The notes under the pieces: generated by a model
Seen by the model: only the letters and a program-made list of their open reading frames with translations
Told to the model about the DNA's origin: nothing
Database searches by the model: none
DNA from: Rebecca billardiae RCC1528
Taxonomy: Eukaryota; Protista; Haptophyta
Assembly: GCA_965240325.2 (NCBI GenBank)
Contig: OZ251240.1
Coordinates: forward strand, 992,001 to 1,056,000
Reading direction: 5' to 3'
Length of the DNA: 64,000 nucleotides
In this document: positions 1 through 13,512 of the stretch, piece by piece
Position numbering within the stretch: position 1 is the first letter of the stretch
Layout: each line of letters opens with the position of its first letter
Program-made: the position numbers and the translations under genes

Positions 1-88
1 GGCGGCGGTGCCGTCCGATCCGCGCGGCGCGGCGAGAGGTGCGCCCGCGCGCTCTTCGCGTGCCCGCGCGCAAAGCCGGCGCACGCAC

Positions 89-3000
89 CTCCCACAGCAC
101 AGCGCCGGAGGCAACGTCGACCATGGCGACCGCTTTGTCGCGCCCGCCGACCGCGAGGCGCGTGCCGTCGCGGTCGAGGGCGACGGCGTAGACGCGGTCC
201 TTCCGCTTCACGACGCACGCCTCGTCGAAGCGCAGCTCGTAGTCCGGCCCGACGCCGACGATGTGCTTGCCGCCGATCGTCGGCGTCGTCTTCACCGCCG
301 CCGCCCCGTCCGCGCCCGCGCCGCCGCCACCGTCGGCCGTGGGCTGCGCGTTGGCACGCTTCTGCTCAGCGAGGTCGTACACGTAAGCCGAGCCGTTCCA
401 GCAGCCCACCGCGAGCCTGCGCCCGCTCGCCGCCCAGCAGCACGACCAGACGAACGCGGGCGGCCCGTCCGGCGTCGCGTACTTGACCGTGCCCACCTCG
501 TGCCCCGTCTTGAGCTCGTAGACGTGCACGCAGCCATCGTACCCCCCGACCGCGCAATACGTGCCGTCAAGCGTGAGGCGAGCGCACCACACGGGCCGCG
601 GCAGCGTCCACCTGCGGTCGCGCGCGTGGTCGCGCCGCCTGTCCATGTGGTACACCAGCGCGAAGCCCGTGCCGTTCGACTCGCCCGCGATCGCGATCAT
701 CCGGCTCAGCTTGTGCACCGAGCGGACGATGTCGCCGCGCGCCGGCGACGGGAAGCGCATCACCTCCGCGCCAGCCGACGTCTTGTACAGTGTCACGTGG
801 CGGTCGAAGCCGCCAAAGACGACATGCGAGCCCGAGCTCGAGAGCGCGACGCAGCGCACGCGCGAGGCCAGCGTGTACACCTTGAGCACCGCGCCGTCGT
901 GGATCGCGTGCAGGCTCACGCGCTCGTTGCCCGCGACCGCGAGGCGCGACGCGTCCGCGGAGAAGGCCACCCCGCCAGAAATCGCCGGCGCGTCGATTGT
1001 GGCGAGCGGCTCGCAGTCCCAGCGCAGGAGGGTGCGCCCGTCGACGAGGCGCTGCCACACGATCACCCACAGCTCGGTGTGCGTCGCGAGCCCCACCGCG
1101 AGCGTCGAGCGCACCGTCTTCACGCCCGCGTGCTCGGCCAACGACGGCTTGTCGCGCGCGAGCGCGATCGAGTGCACTGTGCTGGACGTGGCAAACCGAC
1201 AGCGCAGCAGCAGCGAGTGCCGCGAGTCGGCCTCCTCCGCCTGCGTGGGCCACTTCTGCTGCCGCCGCGCCGCGCGGAGCGGGCTCATGCAGAAGTTGCC
1301 GATCGGCGAGCGCGGGATGTGCGGCGAGCCGAACGGCGACGGCTCGTGCGACGAGTCGCGGCCGCCGCCCGAGGCGCGGGCGCCCGGGCCCGCGGCCGCG
1401 GCCGCGCCCTGCTGACAGGTTTGGCTGGTGCGCAGGGAGAAGCGCGCGGGCAGCCCGCCGATGCCGCTGCCGCTGTGGTTGGGGACGGGCGAGTCGAGCG
1501 GCGAGGGCGGCATCGGGCGCGGCGGCTCGATCGCGTACACCTCCACCATCTTCGCCTCGCCCGCCACCACGACGAACTCGCTCTCGTTCTCGAGCTCGAT
1601 GCCCTGCACGTTGCCCGTGTGCTGCGAGCGACCGCACTCCTCGATTGTGAACGACCACTCCCGCTCGGGCTCGTCGCCCGCCGCGCTGGCGGCGGAGGAC
1701 TCGGAGCTCGCCGCGCCGCCGCCCGCCTTGAAGCCCTGCGCGACCGGCCCGGGCGAGTCCGCCACCGCGCTGCCGCCCGAGTTCTTCCGGCCGGCGGTGG
1801 GCGTGCCCAGGCCGAGGCCGAGGCCTCCGCGAGGCGTACTGGCCACGTCGGACGGGCGCATCATGCGCACGCCGATGGAAGGCGCGGCGAGCGCGCCGGG
1901 GGAGCGCTCGCTGGCGGCGCTGCCCGGCGGCGTGAGCGGCTCGCCCGGCAGCGTGAGCGGCAGCGGCACGCCCGGCGGCGAGGGCGAGCACGCGCTCAGC
2001 TGCAGCGGCGTGCTGCGAGTGGTGCCGCCGCCGCCGCTCGTTCGCGCCGCCGCGGCGCCCGACTGCCGCGGCGTCGGCCCCTCGGCCTTGTCGCTGAGGA
2101 CGGGCGAGTTGGCCATCGACGGCTCGACGCGCGTGACGCTGAAGAGCACAAAGTCCGACGTCGCGCCGCCCACCGCGAGCATCCGCCCGTCCTTCGAGAT
2201 CGACATCGCCGAGATCGGCGTCTCCGCGCGGTCCCACGTGTGCGTTGCCAGCTCGCGGTGCGTGTTGGTGTCGTAGATTCGGATCACGCCGCCAAACGTG
2301 CCGATCACGACGTAGGTCTCGTCGAGGTGGCGCATGAAGAGCACCTTGGTGATGCCCGACTTGGCCTGCAGCTTCGCGATCGGCGAGCCGTCGCGCGTCG
2401 AGTACACCAGCGCCTCGCGGTTGTTCCCGCCCGCGACGAACATGCCGTTGTCGGGCGAGACGTCCACAGAGATGACGGTATCCCCGCAGTACACGCGCGC
2501 CTTCGAGATCTCCACCTCGTTCTTGGTGACGTAGAGGTTGGCGAGCAGGGAGGAGTGGCAGCCCGTCTGGATGCGTCGGCGCGGCTTGCCCTTCGGCGGG
2601 CGGCCGACCGACGTGATGCGCTGCAGCACCGAGCGCAGCGGGTGCGAGGTCGAGCGCTGCAGCTTGCCGACGAGGCCGGCGGCGGCGGGGTCGCCGCCCT
2701 CGCCGGGCGAGGGGTGCGAGGTGAGCGACGCGTCGTCGACGGCGTCGCGGCGCGCCGGCGCGGCGGGCTCGCCGCGCACGGCGGCGAGGGTCGCGGCGGC
2801 CGAGCTCGACTTGCGCTGCACGCGCTGCCCTGCGCCGTCGCTCGCTGTGCGCGTGTCGCTCAGGCAGCTCAGCCGCACCGGCACGCCGAGCGAGCCGGGG
2901 CGTGACGAGTCGGCGGGCTCCGAGCCGCGGGGCAGCTTTGGCACCAATGGCTTGAGCCACGTGGAGCGCCCGCCCTCGCGCGCCTGCGCGCCCTCCACGA

Positions 3001-3157
3001 CTGGCACCGCCGCGTCCTCGTCGGCGTCGGCCGTCTGGATCTCCAGCATTCCTGATGACGCCGGCCGAATGATACGGCGCGGGGTCGTCGCGGCTGGGGG
3101 CTGCGAGCCAGCGGTGCCGGGCGCGTCGGATGGGCCCTCGGGCTGTACTGACGCCAT
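89..3157 (-). CDS. WD40-repeat protein, first exon; the gene continues past the window's left edge
   Basis: Open minus-strand frame, the antisense partner of the 8..2905 shadow ORF, from ATG 3157 (MASVQPEGPSD). It has WD40-like blades (VISVDVSPDNGMFVAGG, YVVIGTFGGVIRIYD, ISAMSISKDGRMLAVGG) and a GT donor at 88. Confidence 0.75.
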
Positions 3158-3642
3158 ACGCGTCGGCACGATGGGCGGCGCCGGACGATCCGCGCGCCCT
3201 CTCTAGCGCGTGGCGCCGTTAGAGGCCACCACCACCCCCCTGAAAGGCTGCCCTCGAGCTCCGGCCGCGATTTAGAGCAAGCAGCGCGGCGTTGCAACTT
3301 GCACTGCTTTCACTGCTTTCAGACTCACTCGACTGATGAGCAGCCGAGCCGGGTGTCTGGTTTGACGATACTGATGATAGGTGAACCGCATTCCATGTAT
3401 GATCATCGCGCATGGTCATTTGTGTGTGCTATGATCATGCACCGGCCTCAATATCGGACAAAACATGGCTCATGTAAATGTGCACCCGCCTTACGAATAC
3501 TTTTTTAGCTACGGGTACGCTTCGGGCTACTCACCATACCCGGACCAGGTCAGGCTGAGCGAGACCGACTCACTCACCGTCAAGACTCAAGTGCTGTCGA
3601 AGCAGTCTGACAAGTCAGACTTGCTGATGCCAGGCATACATC

Positions 3643-4674
3643 CTAAGACTCCGAGTCGTCATACTTGTCATCTGAGTAGTCCCACACAGAGCGATAGCCC
3701 CCGAAATTGTGCGTGTCAGACACTCCCGGCGCTGCGAGAATCACGTACGCCATCGGGCGCGGGCGATCGCTCCTCCGGTGCTCGCGGCCTCGGTGGTGCG
3801 TGCGGAAGTCAAAAAGGAGCAGGCTCCCCGCGGGCATATCCGCTGCGATGCCCACCTCTCGCGCGATGACGTTCTGGAAACGCGCACTCCGGTCGTCCCT
3901 GTGCGTCCCTGGCTTGAGCTCCGTGCTGCCGTTGCGGTGGTCCACGTCCACGAGCGGGACGAAGCAGTTGACGAGTCCAGGGGACGGGCCGTCGGGGTGA
4001 AAGTGCTGATGGCACGCACTCGGGAAGCTGGTGACGCAGCCCGCCATGTCCACACGGATCTCGCCCTGCGCCGCGCACCGGCCGGCAAAGAGGCCTGACC
4101 GGTGTATGATGGGGCGGGCCAAGCGCGCCACGGCCTCGCGCAGGTCTGTCCAGCACGCCTCGCCGCCTGGACCGTCCACGCGCATGTCGTATCGCAGGCC
4201 ATTGTCGACGCGATGGCAGATCTCGGCCGTGTAGAAACGCCTCTCGAAGACGTTGATCTTCATCCTACGCCCCACCTCGGCCAGGAGCCACTCGCACTGC
4301 GCCACCGCGGCCTCCTCGCAGCGTAGGCGCAAGGCGGGGCCGATGAGCGCGGCGCAGCTCGGCGCAGCAGGCTCTACGATCACAAAGCCGTTCTCGGCGA
4401 GCGAGAGGGCCGCCGCCGCCTCGTCCTCTGCCTGAAGGTCGGCGCTCATGTCCATGACACGGATGCGGTGTGCGGGCAGCTCGGCCGGCGCTTGCACGGC
4501 GTCGGTGTGCGCAGAACCGGCGTCGCTGTCGGCAACGCGCACGGCCGCCATCGCGGCAACGATGTCGGCGTTACGCTCGTGCTGCGCAAAGTCGAGCATG
4601 GTGTCGGGCAATGCCACGTCCTCGTCGGAGTTGTCATCGCCACTTGAGGCCGGTGCCAAGTGCGCATCGGCCAT
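3643..4674 (-). CDS. Phytanoyl-CoA dioxygenase (PhyH)-like 2OG-Fe(II) oxygenase
   Basis: HxD motif QHFHPDG, VPLVDV..NGSTELKPGTH, and GSLLLFDFRTHHRG carrying the distal His; intronless. Confidence 0.8.
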   Translation of the reverse strand: MADAHLAPASSGDDNSDEDVALPDTMLDFAQHERNADIVAAMAAVRVADSDAGSAHTDAVQAPAELPAHRIRVMDMSADLQAEDEAAAALSLAENGFVIVEPAAPSCAALIGPALRLRCEEAAVAQCEWLLAEVGRRMKINVFERRFYTAEICHRVDNGLRYDMRVDGPGGEACWTDLREAVARLARPIIHRSGLFAGRCAAQGEIRVDMAGCVTSFPSACHQHFHPDGPSPGLVNCFVPLVDVDHRNGSTELKPGTHRDDRSARFQNVIAREVGIAADMPAGSLLLFDFRTHHRGREHRRSDRPRPMAYVILAAPGVSDTHNFGGYRSVWDYSDDKYDDSES

Positions 4675-4884
4675 CCCCAACTCAGAGTGGTCAGCGTTCC
4701 CCCCGCCGAAGCCAGTAAATAGCGTTCCGATTCATTCCGGTTGACCGGTTCCGGCAACTTGGGTGGGCGTCTGGGCGTTGCCGGTTGCGATCATCAAGTC
4801 GGCGGCGTGCGGCCCGATCGCGGATCGGACGATCACGACGGCGTCCACAACAGTGAAGTCTTGGCGCGCGATCATCGTGGTCTG

Positions 4885-5532
4885 ATGTGCCGTCACTCTC
4901 CGTCCGCAGCGCTGTGGCTGGTGAGTGCCTTGGCCACGCTGGTCACACCCGCGCGTGCGTTCACGCCGGCGGCGGTGTCCCGCTCGTCGCTCTCCACCCA
5001 CACACGACCCTTCACGCCAAAAATAGTTGCCGCGGTGGACGAAGACGCATCGCCTCTCGACGGTGTGAAGACGTTTGCACGCGTCTTCTCAAAGTCGCTC
5101 AGCGACGGACGCGGCTTCAAGCAGGCGCTTACCGGAGGGCTGGCGGGCGAGTACGATCGCGCCGCCGCGGATGCCAAGATCACCCAGACGATCGAGAGCG
5201 CGCCAGTCGTCATGTTCTCGTGGACGATGTCCCCGGCATGCAAGAAGGCCAAGGAGCTCTTCGCATTGGCAGGCATCTCGCCGCTTGTGGTCGAGCTGAA
5301 CGAGCCGTGGTCGGAGGGCAATCCCATCCGCGCGGAGCTCGGCGAGCGCACTGGGCGCACTTCTGTGCCGTCGATCTGGATTGGCGGCAAGTACGTAGGT
5401 GGCTGCGACGATGGGCCAAGTGAGGAGGCGCCTGGCATCGTCAAGCTCGCGTTCATGGGCAAGCTGCAAGACATGGTGGCTGCCGCTGCAGCGAGCGCTG
5501 GTTCCGCCTCCGCGCTTGAGAGCGGCGAGTAA
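4885..5532 (+). CDS. Glutaredoxin-like protein, probably plastid-targeted, with atypical SPAC active site
   Basis: Signal peptide ending ARA-FTP, then VVMFSWTMSPACKKAK, TSVPSIWIGGKYVGGCDD (cis-Pro and GGxD motifs). Confidence 0.85.
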   Translation: MCRHSPSAALWLVSALATLVTPARAFTPAAVSRSSLSTHTRPFTPKIVAAVDEDASPLDGVKTFARVFSKSLSDGRGFKQALTGGLAGEYDRAAADAKITQTIESAPVVMFSWTMSPACKKAKELFALAGISPLVVELNEPWSEGNPIRAELGERTGRTSVPSIWIGGKYVGGCDDGPSEEAPGIVKLAFMGKLQDMVAAAAASAGSASALESGE

Positions 5533-5861
5533 ACTATATATATGAGTACCCCCATACCGCGCACTGGCAGCACGGGCACGGCCCCGCGGGCCCCGGCACT
5601 GCGGCAGCACCAGTTGGCAGTGGCTGCTATAGTATAGTTCAGGTCTCAGTCCGAAGACGGTCATCCCCGAAGATCCGCGCGCACACAGCCAGCACTTGCC
5701 CTTGGTCAGCATCAGCCGCAGCGGCGGACTGATGAGCCGCCAGCCAGTAGGTACCCACGTGGCCCCAATCGGACCCTGATTGACGCCTGAGTGGCTCACT
5801 GGCTCCGCACCATCCTCGGGTATCGGCAATCGGCATCCGTCGGATCACTCCGTGCCAACGC

Positions 5862-7606
<1,745 letters not shown>

Positions 7607-7782
7607 GACGATCACGAATCTCTCTGATGAGTTTGGCGCCAGTTTGTATTCGCGGCAAATGAGTTGGAGTGGAAGGCTGCGTCCACGCGGCCGGCCGCCA
7701 TCGTGCGCTTCCGATCTCGAGGTCGCGATCGCGCGGCTTCGCTGCAGCTCATCTCCGCCGGCCGCGCGCGTGCTCGGCTCCC

Positions 7783-8686
7783 ATGCAGCCCGTGTTGTGG
7801 CTGGCCCTGCTGGGCGCGCGGACGCTCGTGCGTCCGCACTGCACGCCGGTGGCGCGCAGTCGCGTCGTGATGGCAGCCCCTCGCGGGAGAGGACCGCCAC
7901 CGCCGGAGCACATGATCAACGACCACATCAAGGCGAGCGAGGTGCGCGTGGTCGTCGAGCCGGAAGACCCGTCGCAGCCCGACGAGCCGGTGCGCGCGGC
8001 GCGCCGCGCGGCGTGAGCGCGCGGAGGGGCACGTGGGCGCACCACACGCGCCGCCCGCCGCGCGTGTGCGCGCTCGTGCACGCGTGCGCGATGTAAGCCG
8101 AGTGCCGCGTGCGCCCTGCCGCGACGATTGCGCGGAGCAGCTTGGCGTCATGTCGAAAGCGGACGCGCTGGCGCAGGCGAGCGAGGCCGGTGTGGACCTG
8201 GTATGCATCTCGCCCGGCGCCGACCCGCCCGTGTGCAAGATCATCGACTACGGCCGCTTCAGGTTCCAGCTCGAGAAGAAGAAGAAGGCGCAGAAGAAGG
8301 CTTCTGTCACGCAGGCGCTCAAGGAGATCAAGCTCTCGTACACAATCGAGTCGCACGACTTCAACGTGCGCGTGCGCGCGGCGGAGAAGTTCCTCACGCA
8401 GGGCAACAAGGTGCGCGCGCATGCGCGCCCGCGCCCGCCACGCCCGCCACGCCCGCCGCACACGCGGCTCACGCGCCGCGCGCCGCGCGTCGGCGTGGCC
8501 CGGTGCGCGCAGGTGAAGGCGGTGGTTCAGTTCCGAGGCCGCGAGATGCAGCACACGGCGCTGGGGGCGGATCTGCTGCAGCGGCTGAGCGAGCAGCTCT
8601 CCGACATCGGCTCGCCCGACGGCCCGCCCAAGCAGTCGGGCAACCGCATGGAGATGTACATCACACCAAAGCCTAAGAGCAAGTAG
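7783..8686 (+). CDS. infC: Organellar translation initiation factor IF-3; exons 7783-7989, 8141-8410, 8513-8686
   Basis: IN..IKASEVRVV, DLVCISPGADPPVCKIIDYGRFRF, KEIKL, KFLTQGNKVK..VQFRGRE; hydrophobic N-terminal leader. Confidence 0.92.
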
Positions 8687-9307
8687 AGTGGGGGGGGGGG
8701 GGGCTCTTGAGTCTGAGAGCGCCGGAGGCACGACGCAGCCTGGCGCTCGCCGTGAATGATGAACGCTCGCCACCGGAGGGCACGCCGGCGCCGGGAGCGC
8801 GACACGCGTCTTGCACGCCGACCGCTTCCTCGCGTGGGTCGGCGCGCGCGCCAGGCAGCGGCCGTACTGGCGGCGCAGTCCCGCGCCGGCTGTCGCTCAC
8901 ACCGCTCGGACCGGACGAGACGACGAGACCCGAGAGCACCGTTGGCAGGCCTGGATCATCTCAGACTTCAGAACCGTGCTCCGGCTTCTCCGTCACTGCT
9001 CCGTCACTTTATTCTTTAAGCGCGGGCTCGGGGCTCAGTCAGTAGTCACAGTGACTACCGGGCTGCGCGGCCCGGGGACCGTGCGCGGTCGATCGGGCCC
9101 GGCAGCTGCTGCTCCGACTCAGCCTGAACAGACGTTCTTCGATCCGGGAGCCAGCCCGACTCCGAGGCGTTCGGGCCGATCGCAATTCCGTGAATTCGCG
9201 CCGCATCCGATTCCGCCCGCATCCGCGGGCATCGGATCGGGGCGCGCAGCCAGCACTCGGGCCACGCCGCGCACGCGCCAATGACTACCGTGGCATGCGT
9301 GCACCGT

Positions 9308-9393
9308 CTATATCTATATCTATATCTATATCTATATCTATATCTATATCTATATCTATATCTATCTATCTATATATATATATATATATATAT
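9308..9393. repeat. (ATATCT)n then (TA)n microsatellite
   Basis: Seen directly in the sequence. Confidence 0.95.
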
Positions 9394-11240
9394 AATCGGT
9401 CCGTGTAACTATAACGCCGGTCTGTGGCCGAGTGGGAGTACTGGCGTGCTCTTGCGTCTGAGGTCAGGGGTTCAAAACCAGTTTCCAGGTCTCTCTTCGG
9501 AGAGCGTGCGATGAAGGACGGCGCGGCAACCTGCCACCGTGAGCCTTACGCACGTTAACTGAACAAATAAACTGTAGTAGAGTACCGCCCGCGGGGCGCC
9601 GCACCCGCGCCACCGAGAGTTGCGGCCGACCGCGGCCGGGGCCGGGGTCGCCGCGGGCACGCGGCGGACTCTGGAGCCGCCGGCAAGTGGATCGGCGGAG
9701 CGCGGACGGCGGAGCCTGGCGCCGTGCGCAGCCGCGGATGCCGCCCGCGGATCCGACGCCCCCGGATCGTTCGTCGCGACGATGAAGTGCGCGCGCGTGC
9801 CAAGCTGATCAATCACTGCCGGGCACTCGGCGGGCTGCGTTGCGGTTGCGGCCGCCGGCACGTGTGAGTGACGACAGTGTGACGGCGACGGTCCGCGGTG
9901 ACGAGGGCGACGAGCCACGGCGAGGGCGAGGCGGGAGGCCCGCGGGCCAGGCCGGCGACGCTGTCGCTGCCCCGGAGTGGAGGCCGCTCTTAGGCGCCAA
10001 CGGTCAGCAGGGCCCTCGGAGTCACGCACGTCGGACATGACTTGCCATATACAATATATATATATATATATAGCCACTCCGCCATGCCCGGCTCGTGCAA
10101 GGCGTCGGGTACGACTGGACTCTGGAGCTGGATGGTCGCGGCGCGCGGCGTTGTGGAGTAGACGACCACGCCGATGATCATGGAACGATCAGGTTATAGC
10201 TATGTTGGGATTTGAGCAACGAACGACAGCGGGCGCTGGCAGCGGCGTGGCGGTTGAGCTGCTGCCCGAGGTCGAGAGGGCGCCCGCGAGTCGTCAGTCA
10301 CTGAGCAAGGTCGATTAAGGCTGACGGCTCGCTGACACTGCAGTGCACGTACGTATGGAACCCATTCCATATCCGCCAGAGGCAGAGGGTGGGCGGGTGG
10401 GCAAACGATGAAGCGTGCGGGTTGACGCGACAGCGGCGAGAGCAAGAGGCCATTGCATGAGGGGCGACGCGGCGAGGACAGATGACGTCGTCGCGCCGCC
10501 GACGATCAGGCGGGGAGCCGGGCCACACAGACAGCCAGCGACCTTACCGAGCAGAGGGGCTGCGGCGACTGCGGTGCGCCTCCTGCAGCGGAGCGTGCAC
10601 CCGGCAGTGCCCATGATGCAGGCGATCCCCCTGCCCAGCTCGGCGCCTTCGTCGTGGGCAGCCCGATGTCGCCCGAAGAGCGAGACCTGATGGCCACGAT
10701 GGGCGGTAATCAACCGAGTCCTGCGGGTGCGCCGCTGTGTGCCGGATTGGCAGCGCACCAGGACAGTCCTGCGCGCGGCGGTGCGCGCGGGACCGCAACG
10801 CAGGAATGCCATGCTAGCCGGATTCTTGGCGTCGCTCATAGACACTGCTCAGTTATAGGTTCCCTATAACGCCACATATATAGCAGCTATCTGTCTATAT
10901 ATAGTGATGCGTCGCAGTGTCGTGACAGCCAAGGCCAAGGGCCTCCATCGTCTACCTGATCCTGCAGGTAGTTGCTTCGTGCTGGTACGGCGCTCGAGAT
11001 CATATCCAAGATCATCTGCAGTCATCCGAGTGGCAGCTTTCCAGTTCATCAAGCAACTAACCAGTCGAGCTCACACAAATCGGCACTTTACGACCTTTCG
11101 CGCCGAGCTCACAAGCTGCTCATCAGTTACTGCCAGTCGGCCCCTTGCCTCATCATCAGCAAACGAGGCCCCATCTCCTTCGCCGTCGCGTGCTTCTTTG
11201 CTCGTGCTCGCTCGCTCGTCGCTGCTGCCGCCAAGGCGCG

Positions 11241-13461
11241 CGGTGGTGGTGCCGCTCGCACTCGGCGTGGCCGTGCTCGCCGCACACTCCATTCGCGCCA
11301 CCGCTCGCTGCCGCTCGCCCGCAGCGGGGCGAGCGCGCGCCCACACAACGCAACAGGCGCGCGATGGTGGTGGTGCTTGTTTGCTCGTGCTCGTCGTCGC
11401 TGCTGCCGCCGCCACGGCGCGCGGTGGTGGTGCCGCTTGCACTCGGCGTGGCCGTGCTCGCCGCGCACTCCATTCGCGCCGCCGCTCGCTGCCGCTCGCC
11501 CGCAGCAGGGCGAGTGCGCGCTCGCACAACGCAACAGGCGCGCGATGGTGGTGGTGCTTGTTTGCTCGTGCTCGTCGTCGCTGCTGCCGCCGCCACGGCG
11601 CGCGGTGGTGGTGCCGCTTGCACTCGGCCCGCCACGGCGCGTGGTGGTGGTGCCGCTTGCACTCGGCGTGGCCGTGCTCGCCACACGCTCCATTCGCGCC
11701 ACCGCTCGCTGCCGCTCGCCCGCAGCAGGGCGAGCGCGCGCCCGCACAACGCAACAGGCGCGCGATGGTGGTGGTGCTTGTTTGCTCGTGCTCGTCGTCG
11801 CTGCTGCCGCCGCCACGGCGCGCCGTGGTGGTGCCGCTTGCACTCGGCGTGGCCGTGCTCGCCGCCCGCTCCATTCGCGCCGTCGCTCGCTGCCGCCCGC
11901 CCGCAGCAGGGCGAGCGCGCACTCGCGCAGCCCAACAACAGCCTGCTGCCACACTGCCGCCGCGCTCGCTGCTGCCGCGCTCCTGCCTCGACGGCTCGCT
12001 GCCCGCTGCGCCTGCTGCCGCCACAGCACGCGGTGGTGGTGCCGCTTGCACTCGGCGTGGCCGTGCTCGCCGCACGCTCCATTCGCGCCGCCGCTCGCTT
12101 TTGCTGCCGCTCGCCCGCAGCAGGGCGAGCGCGCACTCGCGCAGCCCAACAACAGCCTGCTGCCACACTGCCGCCGCGCTCGCTGCTGCCGCGCTCCTGC
12201 CTCGACGGCTCGCTGCCCGCTGCGCCTGCTGCCGCCACAGCACGCGGTGGTGGTGCCGCGTGCACTCGGCGTGGCCGTGCTCGCCGCACGCTCCATTCGC
12301 GCCGCCGCTCGCCTTTGCTGCCGCTCGCCCGCAGCAGGGTGAGCGCGCACTCGCGCAGCCCAACAACAGCCGGCTGCCACACTGCCGCCGCGCTCGCTGC
12401 TGCCGCGCTCCTGCCTCGACGGCTCGCTGCCCGCTGCGCCTGCTGCCGCCACAGCACGCGGTGGTGGTGCCGCTTGCACTCGGCGTGGCCGTGCTCGCCG
12501 CACGCTCCATTCGCCCCGCCGCTCGCTGCCGCTCGCCAGCAGCAGGGCGAGCGCGCACTCGCGCAGCCCAACAACAGCCTGCTGCCACACTGCCGCCGCG
12601 CTCGCTGCTGCAGCGCTCCTGCCTCGACGGCTCGCTGCCCGCTGCGCCTGCTGCCGCCACAGCACGCGGTGGTGGTGCCGCTTGCACTCGGCGTGGCCGT
12701 GCTCGCCGCACGCTCCATTCGCGCCGCCGCTCGCTTTTGCTGCCGCTCGGCCGCAGCAGGGTGAGCGCACGCTCGCGCAGCTCGACACAGCCTGCTGCCA
12801 CACTGCCGCCGCGCTCGCTGCTGCCGCGCTCCTGCCTCGACGGCTCGCTGCCCGCTGCGCCTGCTGCCGCCACAGCACGCGGTGGTGGTGCCGCTTGCAC
12901 TCGGCGTGGCCGTGCTCGCCGCACGCTCCATTCGCGCCGCCGCTCGCTGCCGCTCGCCCGCAGCAGGGCGAGCGCGCACTCGCGCAGCCCAACAACAGCC
13001 TGCTGCCACACTGCCGCCGCGCTCGCTGCTGCCGCGCTCCTGCCTCGACGGCTCGCTGCCCGCTGCGCCTGCTGCCGCCACAGCACGCGGTGGTGGTGCC
13101 GCGTGCACTCGGCGTGGCCGTGCTCGCCGCACGCTCCATTCGCGCCGCCGCTCGCTTTTGCTGCCGCTCGCCCGCAGCAGGGTGAGCGCACGCTCGCGCA
13201 GCTCGACACAGCCTGCTGCAGCGCCGCCGCCGCGCTCGCCGCCGCCGCGCTCCGGCCTCGACAGCTCGCCGCCCGCTGCTGCCTCCTCGGCGCGCGGTGG
13301 CGGTGCCGCTGGCACTCGGCGTGGCCGTGCTCGCCGCACGCTCCATTCGCACCGCCGCTCGCTGCCGCTCGCCCGCAGCAGGGCGAGCGCGCGCTCGCGC
13401 AGCTCAACAACGGCCTGCGGCCGCCCCGCCGGCGCGCTCGCTGCCGCAGCGCTCCTGCCTC
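11241..13461. repeat. Tandem array of two related unit types (about 3 units of ~183 bp, then about 8 units of ~208-214 bp)
   Basis: Shared core ggtggtggtgccgcttgcactcggcgtggccgtgctcgccgcacgctccattcgcgcc recurs throughout. Confidence 0.9.
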
Positions 13462-13512
13462 GACACTGCTCAGTCAGCGACGTTCTCTGCCTGACTGGCA
13501 CTTGGTTTTGGC

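Noticed and set aside
8-2905. 965-aa plus-strand ORF and other long Arg/Ala-rich overlapping ORFs across the window
   Set aside because: They are antisense or off-frame shadows of real genes; stop codons are rare at this GC content.
9405-9416. gtaactataacg resembling the LSU rRNA I-CeuI site
   Set aside because: It is only 12 bp with no flanking rRNA similarity.
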